Source: Tortispora ganteri
Taxonomy: Eukaryota
DNA: 61,042 nucleotides
Direction of reading: 5' to 3'
NCBI GenBank assembly: GCA_003707115.1
Contig: PPNB01000035.1
Span: forward strand, 1-61,042
The notes under the pieces were generated by a model, which was given only the letters and a program-made list of their open reading frames with translations, ran no database searches and was not told the origin of the DNA. Positions within the stretch are counted from its first letter, which is position 1. Each line of letters begins with the position of its first letter. Shown here piece by piece: positions 43,383 to 54,183 of this stretch. Made by a program: the position numbers and the translations under genes.

Positions 43383-45659
43383 CTAAGTCGAGAAATCATC
43401 GTACTGATCTGTAGGTGCAATCTCTTGCAACTCTTCCAGAGTCTGATCGTAGTCACAATCCTCTAACTTATCGGGATATTCTCCAATTATAGTCTCCAAT
43501 ATGTCATAAAAGTATTGATACAGCGATTTCACTCCACAGAGGTACCCTTCATCCGGCTTCCGAGGATTGGAAGGAGGAAACGGGTACGCTTCAAGCTGCG
43601 GATCCGGCGAAACAACACATTGCGCAAAATCTATCACGCGCAAATGAATTCCGCTCTCATTATCATAACCATCGTAAAGTAAAAGCAGAGAAGAACCATA
43701 CAGTCTGTAACCGCTTATCCTCTCAACAATGTCATAAATCTGCCTTAGTTTCCTCAACAGCTCAATGAGTCGTCTTGTTGTGGCTCTTGCATTCCCATTG
43801 TCTATAAATTCCCGAAGTACGGCTTTAAATTCAGCACCAACTTTGACTTTTCTTCCATCGTATTTGTCTCGATACAAATATGATTCGGTATCAGCCTTCC
43901 AAACTTGCATTCCGCAGATTCGAACACCGAGACTTTTAGAAGTCGTCAATTCACACTTTCGACGCTGTGACTTCACTTTGGCAGGTGTAGCTTCAACTCC
44001 ATACTGTCTGGTACCCATCTTCAAGTCTAACACACACGGATGCTTCATATCAGTTGTAAGATCCTCAAAAAGAAGAAACCTTTCCGTGAGAGTAGGCTTC
44101 TTTGAATCCACGCTCAAAGAAGCCTTTCGGGGGTTACTATCTATGTCTTCGACAGCGACGCTATCGGCTCCACTATCTTCGTCCATGTGAAAAACTTCAT
44201 CATCATCCGTTCCAGCCGACAATTTGATCGGTTCCGAAGTCATTGGTCTAATAGTATTAGCCGGGGCTGCATTAGTAGGAATTGTTTTTGCATCGGTTTG
44301 CTGAGTGGCACGAAGAGAATAATCAGAAATGCCTCGTCGTAGAGATTGCAGTCTAGATGCATCACTGTCAAATGAACTGCGTCCGCTAGCAAATCTTCGA
44401 GGATTTCGGTCTTTAACAACAGGTTTCATAGAGAATACTTCCCGCAGTACTTGTTCTTGAAGTGTTCTGTTGACAGTGGTAGCACCCAATGAGGTTCGGC
44501 CTCGTCTACGCCTTTCAACTTCTTCGTCAACCAAGCTGGTGTCGGGTGTAGATAAAGAGTACCGTTTCAGTAAAGATTCAGGAATAATGTGAACATTATC
44601 GTCAAGTAACACTTCAGGACGTTTGGCCGATTTGTCAGAATGATGGTTAGCATCAGAGTATCGGACATTCAATACACCGATGTACTTAGGCATAAATGGT
44701 AGTAAGTCAGAATGGTGTGCTTCAACATTCTCGTAAAAAAGATTCTCCCTCTGTATTAACGGTTTGCATATTGCCCTTCTAGAGAACCTGAAGAAAGCGT
44801 TATGACCACCTACACGATGTCTAAATGGCCGCAATTGAACAGCTTGTGGGTGCGCATCAAGTTCATCATCGAGTGCTTCAGATGGAAGCGTTTTTGAAGG
44901 TTTAGTAGATTTGGTAGAGGTTTCTGTAATAGTAGTAGAAGAATTGTTCGAGAGTTTTTGTTCATCTGGTGAATCCGGCTGAGATTTCGCCTGGACAGCA
45001 GGTGTATGTGGTATATATGTTGCCATTGCAATTTCGTCATTGTGTTTTTGTTCTGGGGCAGAAGAACCTAGCCTAGGTTTAGAATTTGCAGCTAAAGCGT
45101 TATCATTATGGTCCATTGATGGAGCTTCAGAAGTTTCGATGCTTCCTTTAAATAAGCGAAGTGTATGAGCGGCTTTTCTGGATCCATTTGGTTCCATTAT
45201 AGAACGCATTGCCATAGAAGAATGCTCCACATTGCGTGCCGCGGAAGTTGTGCTAGTGCCATATCTGGTTGTAGGCTGCAAGTTAAATATGGGCGAAGCA
45301 GCAGGCGAAAGGAAAGGCATATCGATAGCTTTTGATGACTCGGATAGCATAAATGGGCCAATAGGAGGTCTGCGCTCATTTGAATTGGACGATCGGTCAA
45401 ACGGTGGCTGAATAGGTGAGAACGATTCACGATCGTTTAGATGCAGATTATGGAGTGGAGGAGCAGATGCAGAAAGTAGAGGAGACTCATGCTGAGGAGA
45501 GCGGAAATTTATAGAGTCGTCATTGCTGGTTAGAGAGACCAGAGAGTCTGAACTGATATTAGGAACAGTATTCAATTTATTTTCTATAAGTTGTTCATTG
45601 GGCCAAGAACCAGGTTGTGATTGCAGGTCAGCTGCTAGGATGCGATCTGAATCGTCCAT
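43383..45659 (-). CDS. KCS1: Inositol hexakisphosphate kinase
   Basis: [27 protein letters not shown]...[35 protein letters not shown]. Confidence 0.92.
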   Translation of the reverse strand: MDDSDRILAADLQSQPGSWPNEQLIENKLNTVPNISSDSLVSLTSNDDSINFRSPQHESPLLSASAPPLHNLHLNDRESFSPIQPPFDRSSNSNERRPPIGPFMLSESSKAIDMPFLSPAASPIFNLQPTTRYGTSTTSAARNVEHSSMAMRSIMEPNGSRKAAHTLRLFKGSIETSEAPSMDHNDNALAANSKPRLGSSAPEQKHNDEIAMATYIPHTPAVQAKSQPDSPDEQKLSNNSSTTITETSTKSTKPSKTLPSEALDDELDAHPQAVQLRPFRHRVGGHNAFFRFSRRAICKPLIQRENLFYENVEAHHSDLLPFMPKYIGVLNVRYSDANHHSDKSAKRPEVLLDDNVHIIPESLLKRYSLSTPDTSLVDEEVERRRRGRTSLGATTVNRTLQEQVLREVFSMKPVVKDRNPRRFASGRSSFDSDASRLQSLRRGISDYSLRATQQTDAKTIPTNAAPANTIRPMTSEPIKLSAGTDDDEVFHMDEDSGADSVAVEDIDSNPRKASLSVDSKKPTLTERFLLFEDLTTDMKHPCVLDLKMGTRQYGVEATPAKVKSQRRKCELTTSKSLGVRICGMQVWKADTESYLYRDKYDGRKVKVGAEFKAVLREFIDNGNARATTRRLIELLRKLRQIYDIVERISGYRLYGSSLLLLYDGYDNESGIHLRVIDFAQCVVSPDPQLEAYPFPPSNPRKPDEGYLCGVKSLYQYFYDILETIIGEYPDKLEDCDYDQTLEELQEIAPTDQYDDFST

Positions 45660-45992
45660 TTGATGAAAAGATTGGACAGAGAGTATTTAAAGAGTGCACA
45701 AAGCGCACATTGGAAGAGCGGCGTGATAACAAGAATAAATGTGTCTAGATCAAAAAATTTCCTCCAACGTAACAGATCTCAACAGCAAAATATATGGAAG
45801 ATGCAGTGTGTACTAAGAGCGTACAATAAATGGTGGCTTTGTTATCTGTGCGGGTGTGTAAATGTGGTGGACCATTATCGCAGGGCTTACCCCAAGAGAA
45901 AACAACAAAAATTAAGGTTTCACTGAACAGACCAATAAAGTTATGCTGATGATGACACATGACGAAAACAATATTGACCTGTATATAAATAT

Positions 45993-47162
45993 TTATGTGC
46001 AATTGCGACTCAGAATCAAGTCTGTGACAGTATGATAAACTCCAGGTGCAAAAGTTTTAATTTTGTTCAATTCGCATTTAACAATTGCAAGATGTTTGCC
46101 CGTTAGATCATTGAATTGTTTTCGAACATAGACGGGCCATTTTGTAAGTTCATGATCTGCGACATTTTCGTGAACATGTATTGCAGTTTGATCGCTGCCT
46201 ATAGTTTCAACAATTTTTGCCGCGACAGGCCACGAAAGCTGACTAGACGGTAGTAGTCCTAAATTTATATGTGAGATTTTGACGTATTCATGAAGGTCTT
46301 TAAGTCGCTCACTTGCGTACTTGTTATCTTCTTCGAACACTACTATACAGTCATTCGAATTGAAAACAAATGACTCATCTCTTTTCACTGTACGCACATT
46401 GAACCCATTACGCTTTGCTCCACGAACCAGTCCCTCGATAGAAAATGGATTAATTTCCCAACAAAACACATGCTTAGCTCCTGCCTTGACGTAAGAGAAC
46501 ACAAAGTAACCTATACCGGCATACAGGTCCACAACTGAATCTTTCACTTCCATTTTCAAAATTCTAGCTTTCTCTTTGATGTTACCTCTAGAAAACATCG
46601 TGTACATTGGACACCATATTTGGTAGATTCCGTTCTGTTTGCATTCTGCCCAATATAAACTGTCGTGCTTGTGACAAAGATTTCCAAAATCTCCAAATAA
46701 AGGTTTAATAAGCGGTTTCCGCATATCGTCTTCACTCGGAATAGGTGAATTTATAGCCAAATGCGTCAATTTTAGTCTATTGGCAATGTTCGCAAATATA
46801 TCTTTGTGTTCTGAGAGATCCCACCCATTAAATGACCCGCTCGAAAACAGCCCGAACTTGCCATAGATCGCCAGCCGACGAGGCACGTTAAACGCTTCTG
46901 GATCGTGTCCACGGATTTCCAACTCCTCAATAATCATTTTCCGAACATCTGTCATTTCTTTCTTGTTCATATTCGCTTCAATTTCTACTCGATCGTATTT
47001 TTCCAGCTCTTTAACCATTTCATCCGTATTGTAGCGTGTCCCCACTCGGTATACGCCTTCTCCGACATCGGCAATACCAATCTCGGTACTGAACTTACCC
47101 TCGGCCTCCAACAGCTGCTTCACATACTTGACATCCCGCGCTGGTACTAGCAGCCCGATCAT
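45993..47162 (-). CDS. TYW2: tRNA wybutosine synthesis protein 2 (Trm12)
   Basis: QNGIYQIWCPMYTMFSRGNIKEKARI, VDLYAGIGYF, WEINP, HINLGLLPSS, HVHEN. Confidence 0.92.
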   Translation of the reverse strand: MIGLLVPARDVKYVKQLLEAEGKFSTEIGIADVGEGVYRVGTRYNTDEMVKELEKYDRVEIEANMNKKEMTDVRKMIIEELEIRGHDPEAFNVPRRLAIYGKFGLFSSGSFNGWDLSEHKDIFANIANRLKLTHLAINSPIPSEDDMRKPLIKPLFGDFGNLCHKHDSLYWAECKQNGIYQIWCPMYTMFSRGNIKEKARILKMEVKDSVVDLYAGIGYFVFSYVKAGAKHVFCWEINPFSIEGLVRGAKRNGFNVRTVKRDESFVFNSNDCIVVFEEDNKYASERLKDLHEYVKISHINLGLLPSSQLSWPVAAKIVETIGSDQTAIHVHENVADHELTKWPVYVRKQFNDLTGKHLAIVKCELNKIKTFAPGVYHTVTDLILSRNCT

Positions 47163-47325
47163 TGGCAAAGACTATAAATTGCACGTACAGTGACTTCTCT
47201 GCTCCTTCAGATCTTGCAAATTGTGGTGCACCTAGTTCTGTTGCTATGCAGTGGTGACCTGCCAAAAATTGTTCACAATAACCACCCCTTTCACCACCAC
47301 TTTTCTAGAACTAAGGAACCAATCA

Positions 47326-50300
47326 ATGTCTATCGAGTACATATCCTCACTAGACATTCCTTTAAAGGACGCCTCTGAGGTGGTCACAATAAATCTTGAA
47401 ACAGAGCTGCCTGATGACCCTACTGAACTCTGTAACTTACTTGAAAACGAGTCCGCTCCGAGACTTTTCTGGCTAGCCATCTCCGCAGCTTATGGCCGAT
47501 CTGGCAAACTTGACGAAGCCACAGAAGTAATTAACCGCGGGTTGGCGTTCTCAGAATTCTCTTCGACTGAAGACCGCGCAGCATTCTATTCTGCTCTCAG
47601 TTGGCTCTATATTCACCGTTCACGCTCAGCTCCTAGATCCGATCTCGCTACCATCCAAACAGCTGCCACACAGGCAATCAATGAAGCCATGAAACTGGAC
47701 CCGCACAGAATATCAACTACTCTTGCAAGAGGAGTTTGGACAATTACGAACAGCAATGACCCAGCAGAACTCGAAAAGGCTTCACGAATCTTCGAAGAGG
47801 TCCTGCGTAGAGATTCTCGCAACCTGCTGGCTTTAATGGGCCGTGCCAGAGTCTTGTACTCTCGTGGTGCCTATAATGCCTCCTTAAAAATATACCAAAA
47901 CGTGCTATCTTTGAATCCGTCGTTCTCTCCCGACCCACGTATAGGCATAGGTCTTTGCTTCTGGCGTCTTAACCATCCCGATATGGCCGTCGCTGCTTGG
48001 AAACGTGCTGATGCAGTGTCAAACGGTACAAATACCACTGTTACTTTACTGCTAGGTGTTTCGTTAATGCACAATGCTTTACAGAATCCATACTCTACTG
48101 AATTCGCTTCTTTGTACTCTACCGGGCTAAATATGGTGCAATCTGTATACAAACAGAATAAGCAGTCCCCAGCTGCTGCTGTGATTCTCTCTTCTTACCT
48201 GTATTCTAAAAAGCAGACTGATAAATCAATCAAACTGCTTGAAAACGTCATCGAGTATGCCCATGTACCTTCGTTGGCTTCTGATGCACACTTCTGGATG
48301 GCTAGAGCTTACCACTTCAACAACGACTTTTCACAGGCCCTCAAGTACTATAAACTATCTAGAAAATTCTCTTCAGATAGCGTACTTGCACAGCTTGGAA
48401 TAGCACAAGTATCTGCTCTTACTAACGACATCACTCAATCTAAATTGTTCCTGGAGCAGATCATACATGATAACCCTAAATGTCAAGAAGCAATTCTCTT
48501 GCTTGGCAGTATATATGCACAAGAGGCAGCCGACCCACTTAATGTGCAATCTAAAACAAAAGCACATCAGCTTCTTAAAAAGTATATAAACATGACCTCT
48601 TCCACTGCTTCAAAGGTCCACTTGGTCGACTCTACTAATGTTGTTCTAAGTCATCTTATATACGCACATCTGACTGAAATGGATGATCCACCCGCTGCTT
48701 TATCCTCTTTGGAGACTGCAATCTCGATTCAGCGCCTTACTAAAACAGATGACTCTGCATTTGTTGATCCACGTCTGTATAATAATGCTGGTGTACTCTA
48801 CGCTAATCAAGGTCAATTAATCGAGGCCAGAAAAATGTTTGAACAAGCAATAGCAGTGGCAGAAATTGCCAAATCTAAAATGTCTGATGCTGAGGAAATG
48901 ATGCCTACTTTCCAATTTAACTTGGGTCGTCTGCTTGATGAGATGGGTGAGATTGATGCTGCAAAGAAACTGTATGACGAACTTCTACAAACTACTCCTG
49001 GTTATGTCAATGCTAGAATCCGTTTGTGTTACTTGGACCTCGTGAATGGGGAAGCTCAAATAGGTGCTGAGAAACTTCAAGACTTAATTGACACAGATAC
49101 GGGAAATCTGGAAGTTCGTGCTCTTTTTGGATGGTATTTAAATCGAACTAGACGTCACCCAGTGTCACCGAAGACAATGAATGAAGATGCCGAACAGCGT
49201 CATCACAAACATACATTACAGCACTACGATAAGCATGATGTTTATGCGCTAACGGCTATGGGCAATATTCTTTTACAAGCTGCTAGGGAGTTCCGTCCGA
49301 AATCCGACTCTGATGTTCAAAAGCAGAGCAAGTTATATGGAAAGGCAGTCGAATGTTTCGACAAAGCTTTACAGTATGATAGCAAGAACGTATATGCTGC
49401 TCAAGGAATTGCTATAGCCATGGCTGAACATAAAAGGTCCTATAATAGCGCATTGGCTATCCTTACTAAAGTACGTGAAGCAGTGAAAGATTCTTCTATT
49501 TACGTATGTTTGGGTCATGTGTTAACGGAGATGAAACAGTATGGACGTGCCATTGAGGCCTATAATGCTGCACTGACTCAACGTGGTGAACGTGATGGAC
49601 AACTTTTGACCTGTCTAGGTCGTGTCTGGTTTTTGAAGGGCCGCGATGAGCGCAGTCTTGGCTCATTGAAACAAGCCCTGAACTACGCTGAGAAGGCATT
49701 ACATACAGCGCCTGATATCCCGCAATTGCAGTTCAATACTGCCTTTGTTAAGTTCCAAATTGCAGATGTTGTACGACGTATGAGAGAGAGTGAACGAAAC
49801 AAATCTGATATTGAGAATGCCATGAAGGAGCTCAAAAATGCCATCGAGGTCGTTGAGAAATTATCTAACAGTGATAAGCCCCCCTATCCTGCTGAAGATC
49901 TGAAACAACGTGTCACCATGAGTCGCAATACCACAATGAGACAGCTTGAACGTGCATTGCAGCAGCAAGAAACGTTTGAAGCAGGAAACGTTGAACGTCT
50001 TGAAATTGCGCGAAAACAACGTGCCGAAGAAGAAGCTCGACTCGAAGCCGAGCGCAAGGCCAGGGAGGAGGCAGAAGCTCAGCGACGGAAAGAATTAGCG
50101 GAAGAACGGCAAAGACTTACTCAGCAAGCACTTGATTGGGCGGAACAATCTGCGCGCGATTCGGAACTGTACGAAGCTGCAATGTCTCAAAAGAAGGGAA
50201 GTCGAAGGTCTAAGCATTTGGCGCAACAAGAAGCACGAGCTAATGGAGAAATTCTTTCAGATAACGATGACGAAGATGATCAAAACGGATATTCTGAAAA

Positions 50301-50547
50301 TAAGTATGCATCTGATGAGGAAGAAAAGGAGATCGATGTGTTTTCGCGAGATGCGTCACCTGAAAACAAGGAAGAGGAACTTCCAGCTCTTCCTGACAGC
50401 GAACCAGAAGCTGAATTTTCCGACGTTGAGTCAAAGGGCAAGAAAGACGAAACTTCTGTGCGCCGTAAACCCGAAGAAGAGCTAAACGAGGAAACTGCTA
50501 GGCCAAAAAAGCGAGCCAGACAGATCGAAGACTCTGATGAAGAATGA
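47326..50547 (+). CDS. CTR9: Paf1 complex TPR subunit
   Basis: LDIPL...LPDDPTELCNLLENE, PDPRIGIGLCFW, HTLQHYDKHDVYAL, NVYAAQGIAI; acidic tail. Confidence 0.95.
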   Translation: MSIEYISSLDIPLKDASEVVTINLETELPDDPTELCNLLENESAPRLFWLAISAAYGRSGKLDEATEVINRGLAFSEFSSTEDRAAFYSALSWLYIHRSRSAPRSDLATIQTAATQAINEAMKLDPHRISTTLARGVWTITNSNDPAELEKASRIFEEVLRRDSRNLLALMGRARVLYSRGAYNASLKIYQNVLSLNPSFSPDPRIGIGLCFWRLNHPDMAVAAWKRADAVSNGTNTTVTLLLGVSLMHNALQNPYSTEFASLYSTGLNMVQSVYKQNKQSPAAAVILSSYLYSKKQTDKSIKLLENVIEYAHVPSLASDAHFWMARAYHFNNDFSQALKYYKLSRKFSSDSVLAQLGIAQVSALTNDITQSKLFLEQIIHDNPKCQEAILLLGSIYAQEAADPLNVQSKTKAHQLLKKYINMTSSTASKVHLVDSTNVVLSHLIYAHLTEMDDPPAALSSLETAISIQRLTKTDDSAFVDPRLYNNAGVLYANQGQLIEARKMFEQAIAVAEIAKSKMSDAEEMMPTFQFNLGRLLDEMGEIDAAKKLYDELLQTTPGYVNARIRLCYLDLVNGEAQIGAEKLQDLIDTDTGNLEVRALFGWYLNRTRRHPVSPKTMNEDAEQRHHKHTLQHYDKHDVYALTAMGNILLQAAREFRPKSDSDVQKQSKLYGKAVECFDKALQYDSKNVYAAQGIAIAMAEHKRSYNSALAILTKVREAVKDSSIYVCLGHVLTEMKQYGRAIEAYNAALTQRGERDGQLLTCLGRVWFLKGRDERSLGSLKQALNYAEKALHTAPDIPQLQFNTAFVKFQIADVVRRMRESERNKSDIENAMKELKNAIEVVEKLSNSDKPPYPAEDLKQRVTMSRNTTMRQLERALQQQETFEAGNVERLEIARKQRAEEEARLEAERKAREEAEAQRRKELAEERQRLTQQALDWAEQSARDSELYEAAMSQKKGSRRSKHLAQQEARANGEILSDNDDEDDQNGYSENKYASDEEEKEIDVFSRDASPENKEEELPALPDSEPEAEFSDVESKGKKDETSVRRKPEEELNEETARPKKRARQIEDSDEE

Positions 50548-50720
50548 TGGCACAATCGACGTCGACAGGCGATTATTGCGGTACCAGAACGTATGTCGCC
50601 GCATATTGACTTTGGCGCGTTAGATAGTCCATTATGTAACGAATAAGGCTTAATAAAAATAGAAATGAAAAATAATTGTGGATTTGAGGCATGAAAACTA
50701 CACCATGGAGCAGAATTATT

Positions 50721-50728
50721 GCACGTGC
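50721..50728. promoter_or_regulatory. E-box GCACGTGC (Pho4-like) upstream of the GT4 gene
   Basis: Palindromic CACGTG core lacking the RTCAC flank typical of Cbf1 sites, about 180 bp upstream of the ATG. Confidence 0.4.
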
Positions 50729-50906
50729 ATTTTCTGTTCAGGTATTAAAGTTTTGACCAATAGAAGGAGTCAGTAAGACCACGTCCATATGATATCTAAA
50801 GACAGCACTCTATAATTCCCCAGGATCGCGTCTCTAATCATTGATTGTTCAGTTACATAAACAATATCAGAGTGATCAATAACTTGTCACTATTTTCAGT
50901 GTCGAA

Positions 50907-52103
50907 ATGAAAGTAGCCTTGATTACAGAAGTATCACCACTGCACGTAAACGGCGTATCAAGAGCCATATCTAGACTCTTGGAACATCTCACCGCAGAAG
51001 GGCATCAAATATTGGTAATCGGACCTGCTGGAGGTGATCATTATGGCGCAAAACTTGTCGCTTGCCCAGGAATCTCGCTCCAGTTCTATCCGGAGCTCAA
51101 ACTGTGCTTTGCAACTTATGCTGCGTTAAAAGCTCTAATTGATTTTCAGCCAGATGTCTTACACTTCGCTGATCCGAATCTTTTAGGACCTCAAATAATA
51201 TTGGCATGTGAGCTGCTCTTCCCAAATGTTCCTAAAGTATCCTCCTATCACACAAATATTGCACAGTATGCCGGACAATTTGGCTATGGATACCTCACAA
51301 ACGCGATCTGGCATTTGTTGCGGTTATATCACAGCAGATGCTCATACGTTATGTGTCCGTCAAATGGAACTAAACGCCTACTTGTAGAGCATGGATTTGA
51401 CTCTTCAAAGGTGTTAATCTGGTCAAGAGGAGTCAATCTGAGTTCTTTCAACGCATCAAAGCGAGACTCGGCACTGAGACGCCATTGGCTTCAGCAATTC
51501 TCTATATTTGACACAGACGATGAAGGCGACGAAGGTATATCATTCTCTCCTAATATTACCAGGCGTGCAACCATCCTACTTTACGTAGGAAGGCTGTCTT
51601 GGGAGAAGAATTTGAGAATTTTAGTCAGTTCTTTCTTGAGAGCTCGTCAGATCGATCAAAGTGTTGTGCTTGTGCTCGTGGGAGATGGTCCTGCAAGAAA
51701 TGATTTAGAGACTTTACTTAAGGGGCACCCAGCTATATTCACAGGCTATTTGAAAGGAGACGCATTGGCAAAGGCATATGCCTCTGCTGATGTGTTCGGA
51801 TTTCTTTCAAAGACCGAGACATTCGGGCAAGTAGTCCTTGAAGCACTTGCCAGCGGTTTACCAGTAATTGGCATCAAAGACGCACCCGGGGTTTCAGAAA
51901 TAGTCACAAATGAAGTGGCTTGTCTCGTGAAAGAAGAGGTTGACAGTATAGTAGACTCTATTATTGCGATGGGACACGTATCAGGAACGAAGCGGAAAGA
52001 GATCAAGAAATTGTGTATGCAAAGGGCTTCACAATTCACATGGGACGCGGCAGGTCGTTCGGTGTCGGAAACGTATAAACTTGCCATAAATAAATGCAAC
52101 TAG
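50907..52103 (+). CDS. Glycosyltransferase family 4, PimA/SQD2/Agt-like
   Basis: MKVALITE...VNGVS, SYHTN, WSRGV, YVGRLSWEKN, VGDGP, YASADVF, Ex7E motif ETFGQVVLEALASGLPV. Confidence 0.88.
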   Translation: MKVALITEVSPLHVNGVSRAISRLLEHLTAEGHQILVIGPAGGDHYGAKLVACPGISLQFYPELKLCFATYAALKALIDFQPDVLHFADPNLLGPQIILACELLFPNVPKVSSYHTNIAQYAGQFGYGYLTNAIWHLLRLYHSRCSYVMCPSNGTKRLLVEHGFDSSKVLIWSRGVNLSSFNASKRDSALRRHWLQQFSIFDTDDEGDEGISFSPNITRRATILLYVGRLSWEKNLRILVSSFLRARQIDQSVVLVLVGDGPARNDLETLLKGHPAIFTGYLKGDALAKAYASADVFGFLSKTETFGQVVLEALASGLPVIGIKDAPGVSEIVTNEVACLVKEEVDSIVDSIIAMGHVSGTKRKEIKKLCMQRASQFTWDAAGRSVSETYKLAINKCN

Positions 52104-52269
52104 AACTCAATGCATGTTCAAGGCATATCGGTCAACCTGCTTGCAATGTACCGTTTGTATTCATTATATCTCCAATCATTTACTCACTTATTCATTCATT
52201 CAATCAACAAATTCATAATCATCATAGTATGTTCTCGATATAATTGCTTTCCGTTTGCTTCTTTTCAGG

Positions 52270-52959
52270 TTACGTAGATCCGATTATTTTACAATGCTTG
52301 ATATCCTTTAAAATGCCAGCCGCCTTAGCGTAGTCAAACGAGACAACTTTCTCTGCGTCATACTTGGAACAAAACTGCATCACTGCAACCTTATATGATT
52401 TCTTAGGCATCTTTATAATTTGAATAGAATCAACTTTGCTGATCTTGCTAAAGGCAAGTTCCAGTGCCTCGCTTGAAGCAGATATAGGGACCTGGCATTT
52501 GACTGTAGTTCCTGATTCTAGATCAATAGAGCGGGGGCGGTTCCGTGCTTGAAGAAACTCAGCTGACTCCTTTTGCAGGCGTGCTATCTCAGAAACAGAG
52601 GTAGTCTCGGCTTTGCGGCGTTTTGAGGAGGCCTCTCTTTGTTCTAGGTCATGTTTCATTTGCCTTCGCTTTGAATCCAATGCTTTATCGCGTTCAATTT
52701 GAAATATTCTAGCTTTACGAGACTCATCGACTTGCTTTCTCGTTTTAGGGTTTGTAAGAATATCGTAAGCGAGAGATATAAGTTCAAACCGTTCTCTGGC
52801 AGAATCATCAGGATTCTTGTCTGGATGGTACTTCAGAGCGAGCGACCTGTACGATTTTCTAACCAGTGAATCAGTTACGACATCAGTATTTTCGATATTT
52901 AACACCTCATAGGGATCCAGGCCTTTGTTTTTGAATAGTTCTAACGCATCAGATGACAT
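52270..52959 (-). CDS. CWC23: Spliceosomal J-domain protein (DNAJC17/Cwf23)
   Basis: J-domain with YHPDKN, RRQMKHDLEQRE coiled coil, and an RRM-like C-terminus. Confidence 0.85.
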   Translation of the reverse strand: MSSDALELFKNKGLDPYEVLNIENTDVVTDSLVRKSYRSLALKYHPDKNPDDSARERFELISLAYDILTNPKTRKQVDESRKARIFQIERDKALDSKRRQMKHDLEQREASSKRRKAETTSVSEIARLQKESAEFLQARNRPRSIDLESGTTVKCQVPISASSEALELAFSKISKVDSIQIIKMPKKSYKVAVMQFCSKYDAEKVVSFDYAKAAGILKDIKHCKIIGST

Positions 52960-53201
52960 TCATGGAAGTAGTGTCGAATGGGTAGTCAAAACCGGACCAG
53001 TCTTAAAACGTAAGAAAGACGTACTCTAATGCCTATCTTTTCATAAAATATATATATTATGTCCAAACTTCTACAAGTGCAATATAATTTTAGCATTCAG
53101 TGTTTCATACACTACATATCATTAGATAAAACGAGAGCACGCGATTCCATATCCTGTAATAGAATCGATGTTGCTCTTTTAGTATTCTTCATACGAGAGC
53201 T

Positions 53202-53369
53202 TTAATTCTTGACGAATCCAATATCATTCGCATATTCGCGGAAGCACTGACGGCAAAGCATAAGGTCGTACTTTCTGATGAGACCAGCCTTGTGTGCACA
53301 AACGCGGCATTGACGGGATCCTTTACCGTATTTCCTAGGATGAGAGAACCAAATATTTTGATGAGCCAT
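53202..53369 (-). CDS. RPS29: 40S ribosomal protein S29 (uS14), 55 aa; absent from the ORF track
   Basis: [55 protein letters not shown]. Confidence 0.98.
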   Translation of the reverse strand: MAHQNIWFSHPRKYGKGSRQCRVCAHKAGLIRKYDLMLCRQCFREYANDIGFVKN

Positions 53370-53371
53370 GT

Positions 53372-53495
53372 CTGCAGCGGTCGTTAGCTAAGAACTTCTT
53401 TAAAACAATAAAATAACAGTAATACAGAATAGATCTCAAAATAAAAATGATTAATTCACAACTATTCGGGCAATATTTTGTTTTTGTGCACTTAC
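53372..53495 (-). other. 5'-UTR intron of RPS29 (124 nt)
   Basis: GTAAGT donor, GCTAAC branch point, and a CAG acceptor 2 nt before the ATG. Confidence 0.85.
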
Positions 53496-53586
53496 TTGTC
53501 GTTCTTTAGAGATGTGTATAGGTTAGTTAAGCAAGTCCACAGGAGATGTCAGCGTATGTGCGTCTCAGCGCCTTCTCCCAAAAACA

Positions 53587-53637
53587 CCGTCACGTTTTTG
53601 TAAACCCTACGTCTCTGCGCACTCCCCCAAACCCTAA
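53587..53637. promoter_or_regulatory. GTCACG element and two AAACCCTA teloboxes in the RPS29/APC13 divergent promoter
   Basis: ccgtcacgtttt at 53587, aaaccctac at 53602, aaaccctaa at 53629. Confidence 0.6.
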
Positions 53638-53674
53638 TACGTTATCTCTCGATTTATTGTTTGTATTGATCACC

Positions 53675-54019
53675 ATGTTAAGCGTGTCAGATTCTGATAG
53701 AAGCCAAGTACACATGAACTATGCTCATTTAATAGACTCTCTTGAGGATTGGTTTACGGATAAACTAGAAATAGAAGATATAGAGATTCCTCCATATCTA
53801 CATGCTTTGTTTACACCCGAAGATGAAGAAGAGGGTCTAATTCCTGATCAAAACGCCATAACGGCGATCTTTCAGTCGCAAAAGAAAATATACGAAACTC
53901 CATGGCAGGACCTGGAGCTGCGTGATCTGTTAGAATCACCAGAATACACGAGAGCAGGTGCACCTGTCCTTGGAACGATCTCAAGCTTTTCCAAAACAAC
54001 CTTACGACCGCCACGATAG
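53675..54019 (+). CDS. APC13: Anaphase-promoting complex subunit 13 (Swm1/Apc13)
   Basis: EDWFTDKLEIEDIEIPP, LIPDQ and WQDLEL match the fungal Apc13 pattern; the second ATG (53675) is the likely start. Confidence 0.82.
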   Translation: MLSVSDSDRSQVHMNYAHLIDSLEDWFTDKLEIEDIEIPPYLHALFTPEDEEEGLIPDQNAITAIFQSQKKIYETPWQDLELRDLLESPEYTRAGAPVLGTISSFSKTTLRPPR

Positions 54020-54090
54020 ATTGTAACTACAACTTTTGCATGTATATTATACTGAGTATTAATGTTACTTCCATTATGTAGAGCGTGAAT

Positions 54091-54123
54091 AGAAAGAAAA
54101 AAGAAAGAAAGAAAGAAAGAAAA
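54091..54123. repeat. (GAAA)n microsatellite
   Basis: agaaagaaaaaagaaagaaagaaagaaagaaaa. Confidence 0.85.
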
Positions 54124-54183
54124 CTATAGAGCAGGGGCCCGGGGGTGTCATTTTGGCCTTTAAGCAAATTCATCGATTGTCCT

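Noticed and set aside
768..54019. APC5 with APC13, and several DNA-repair genes (MLH3, REV3, RAD26, NTH1), in one window
   Set aside because: They are widely spaced and interleaved with unrelated genes, so there is no sign of a functional cluster.
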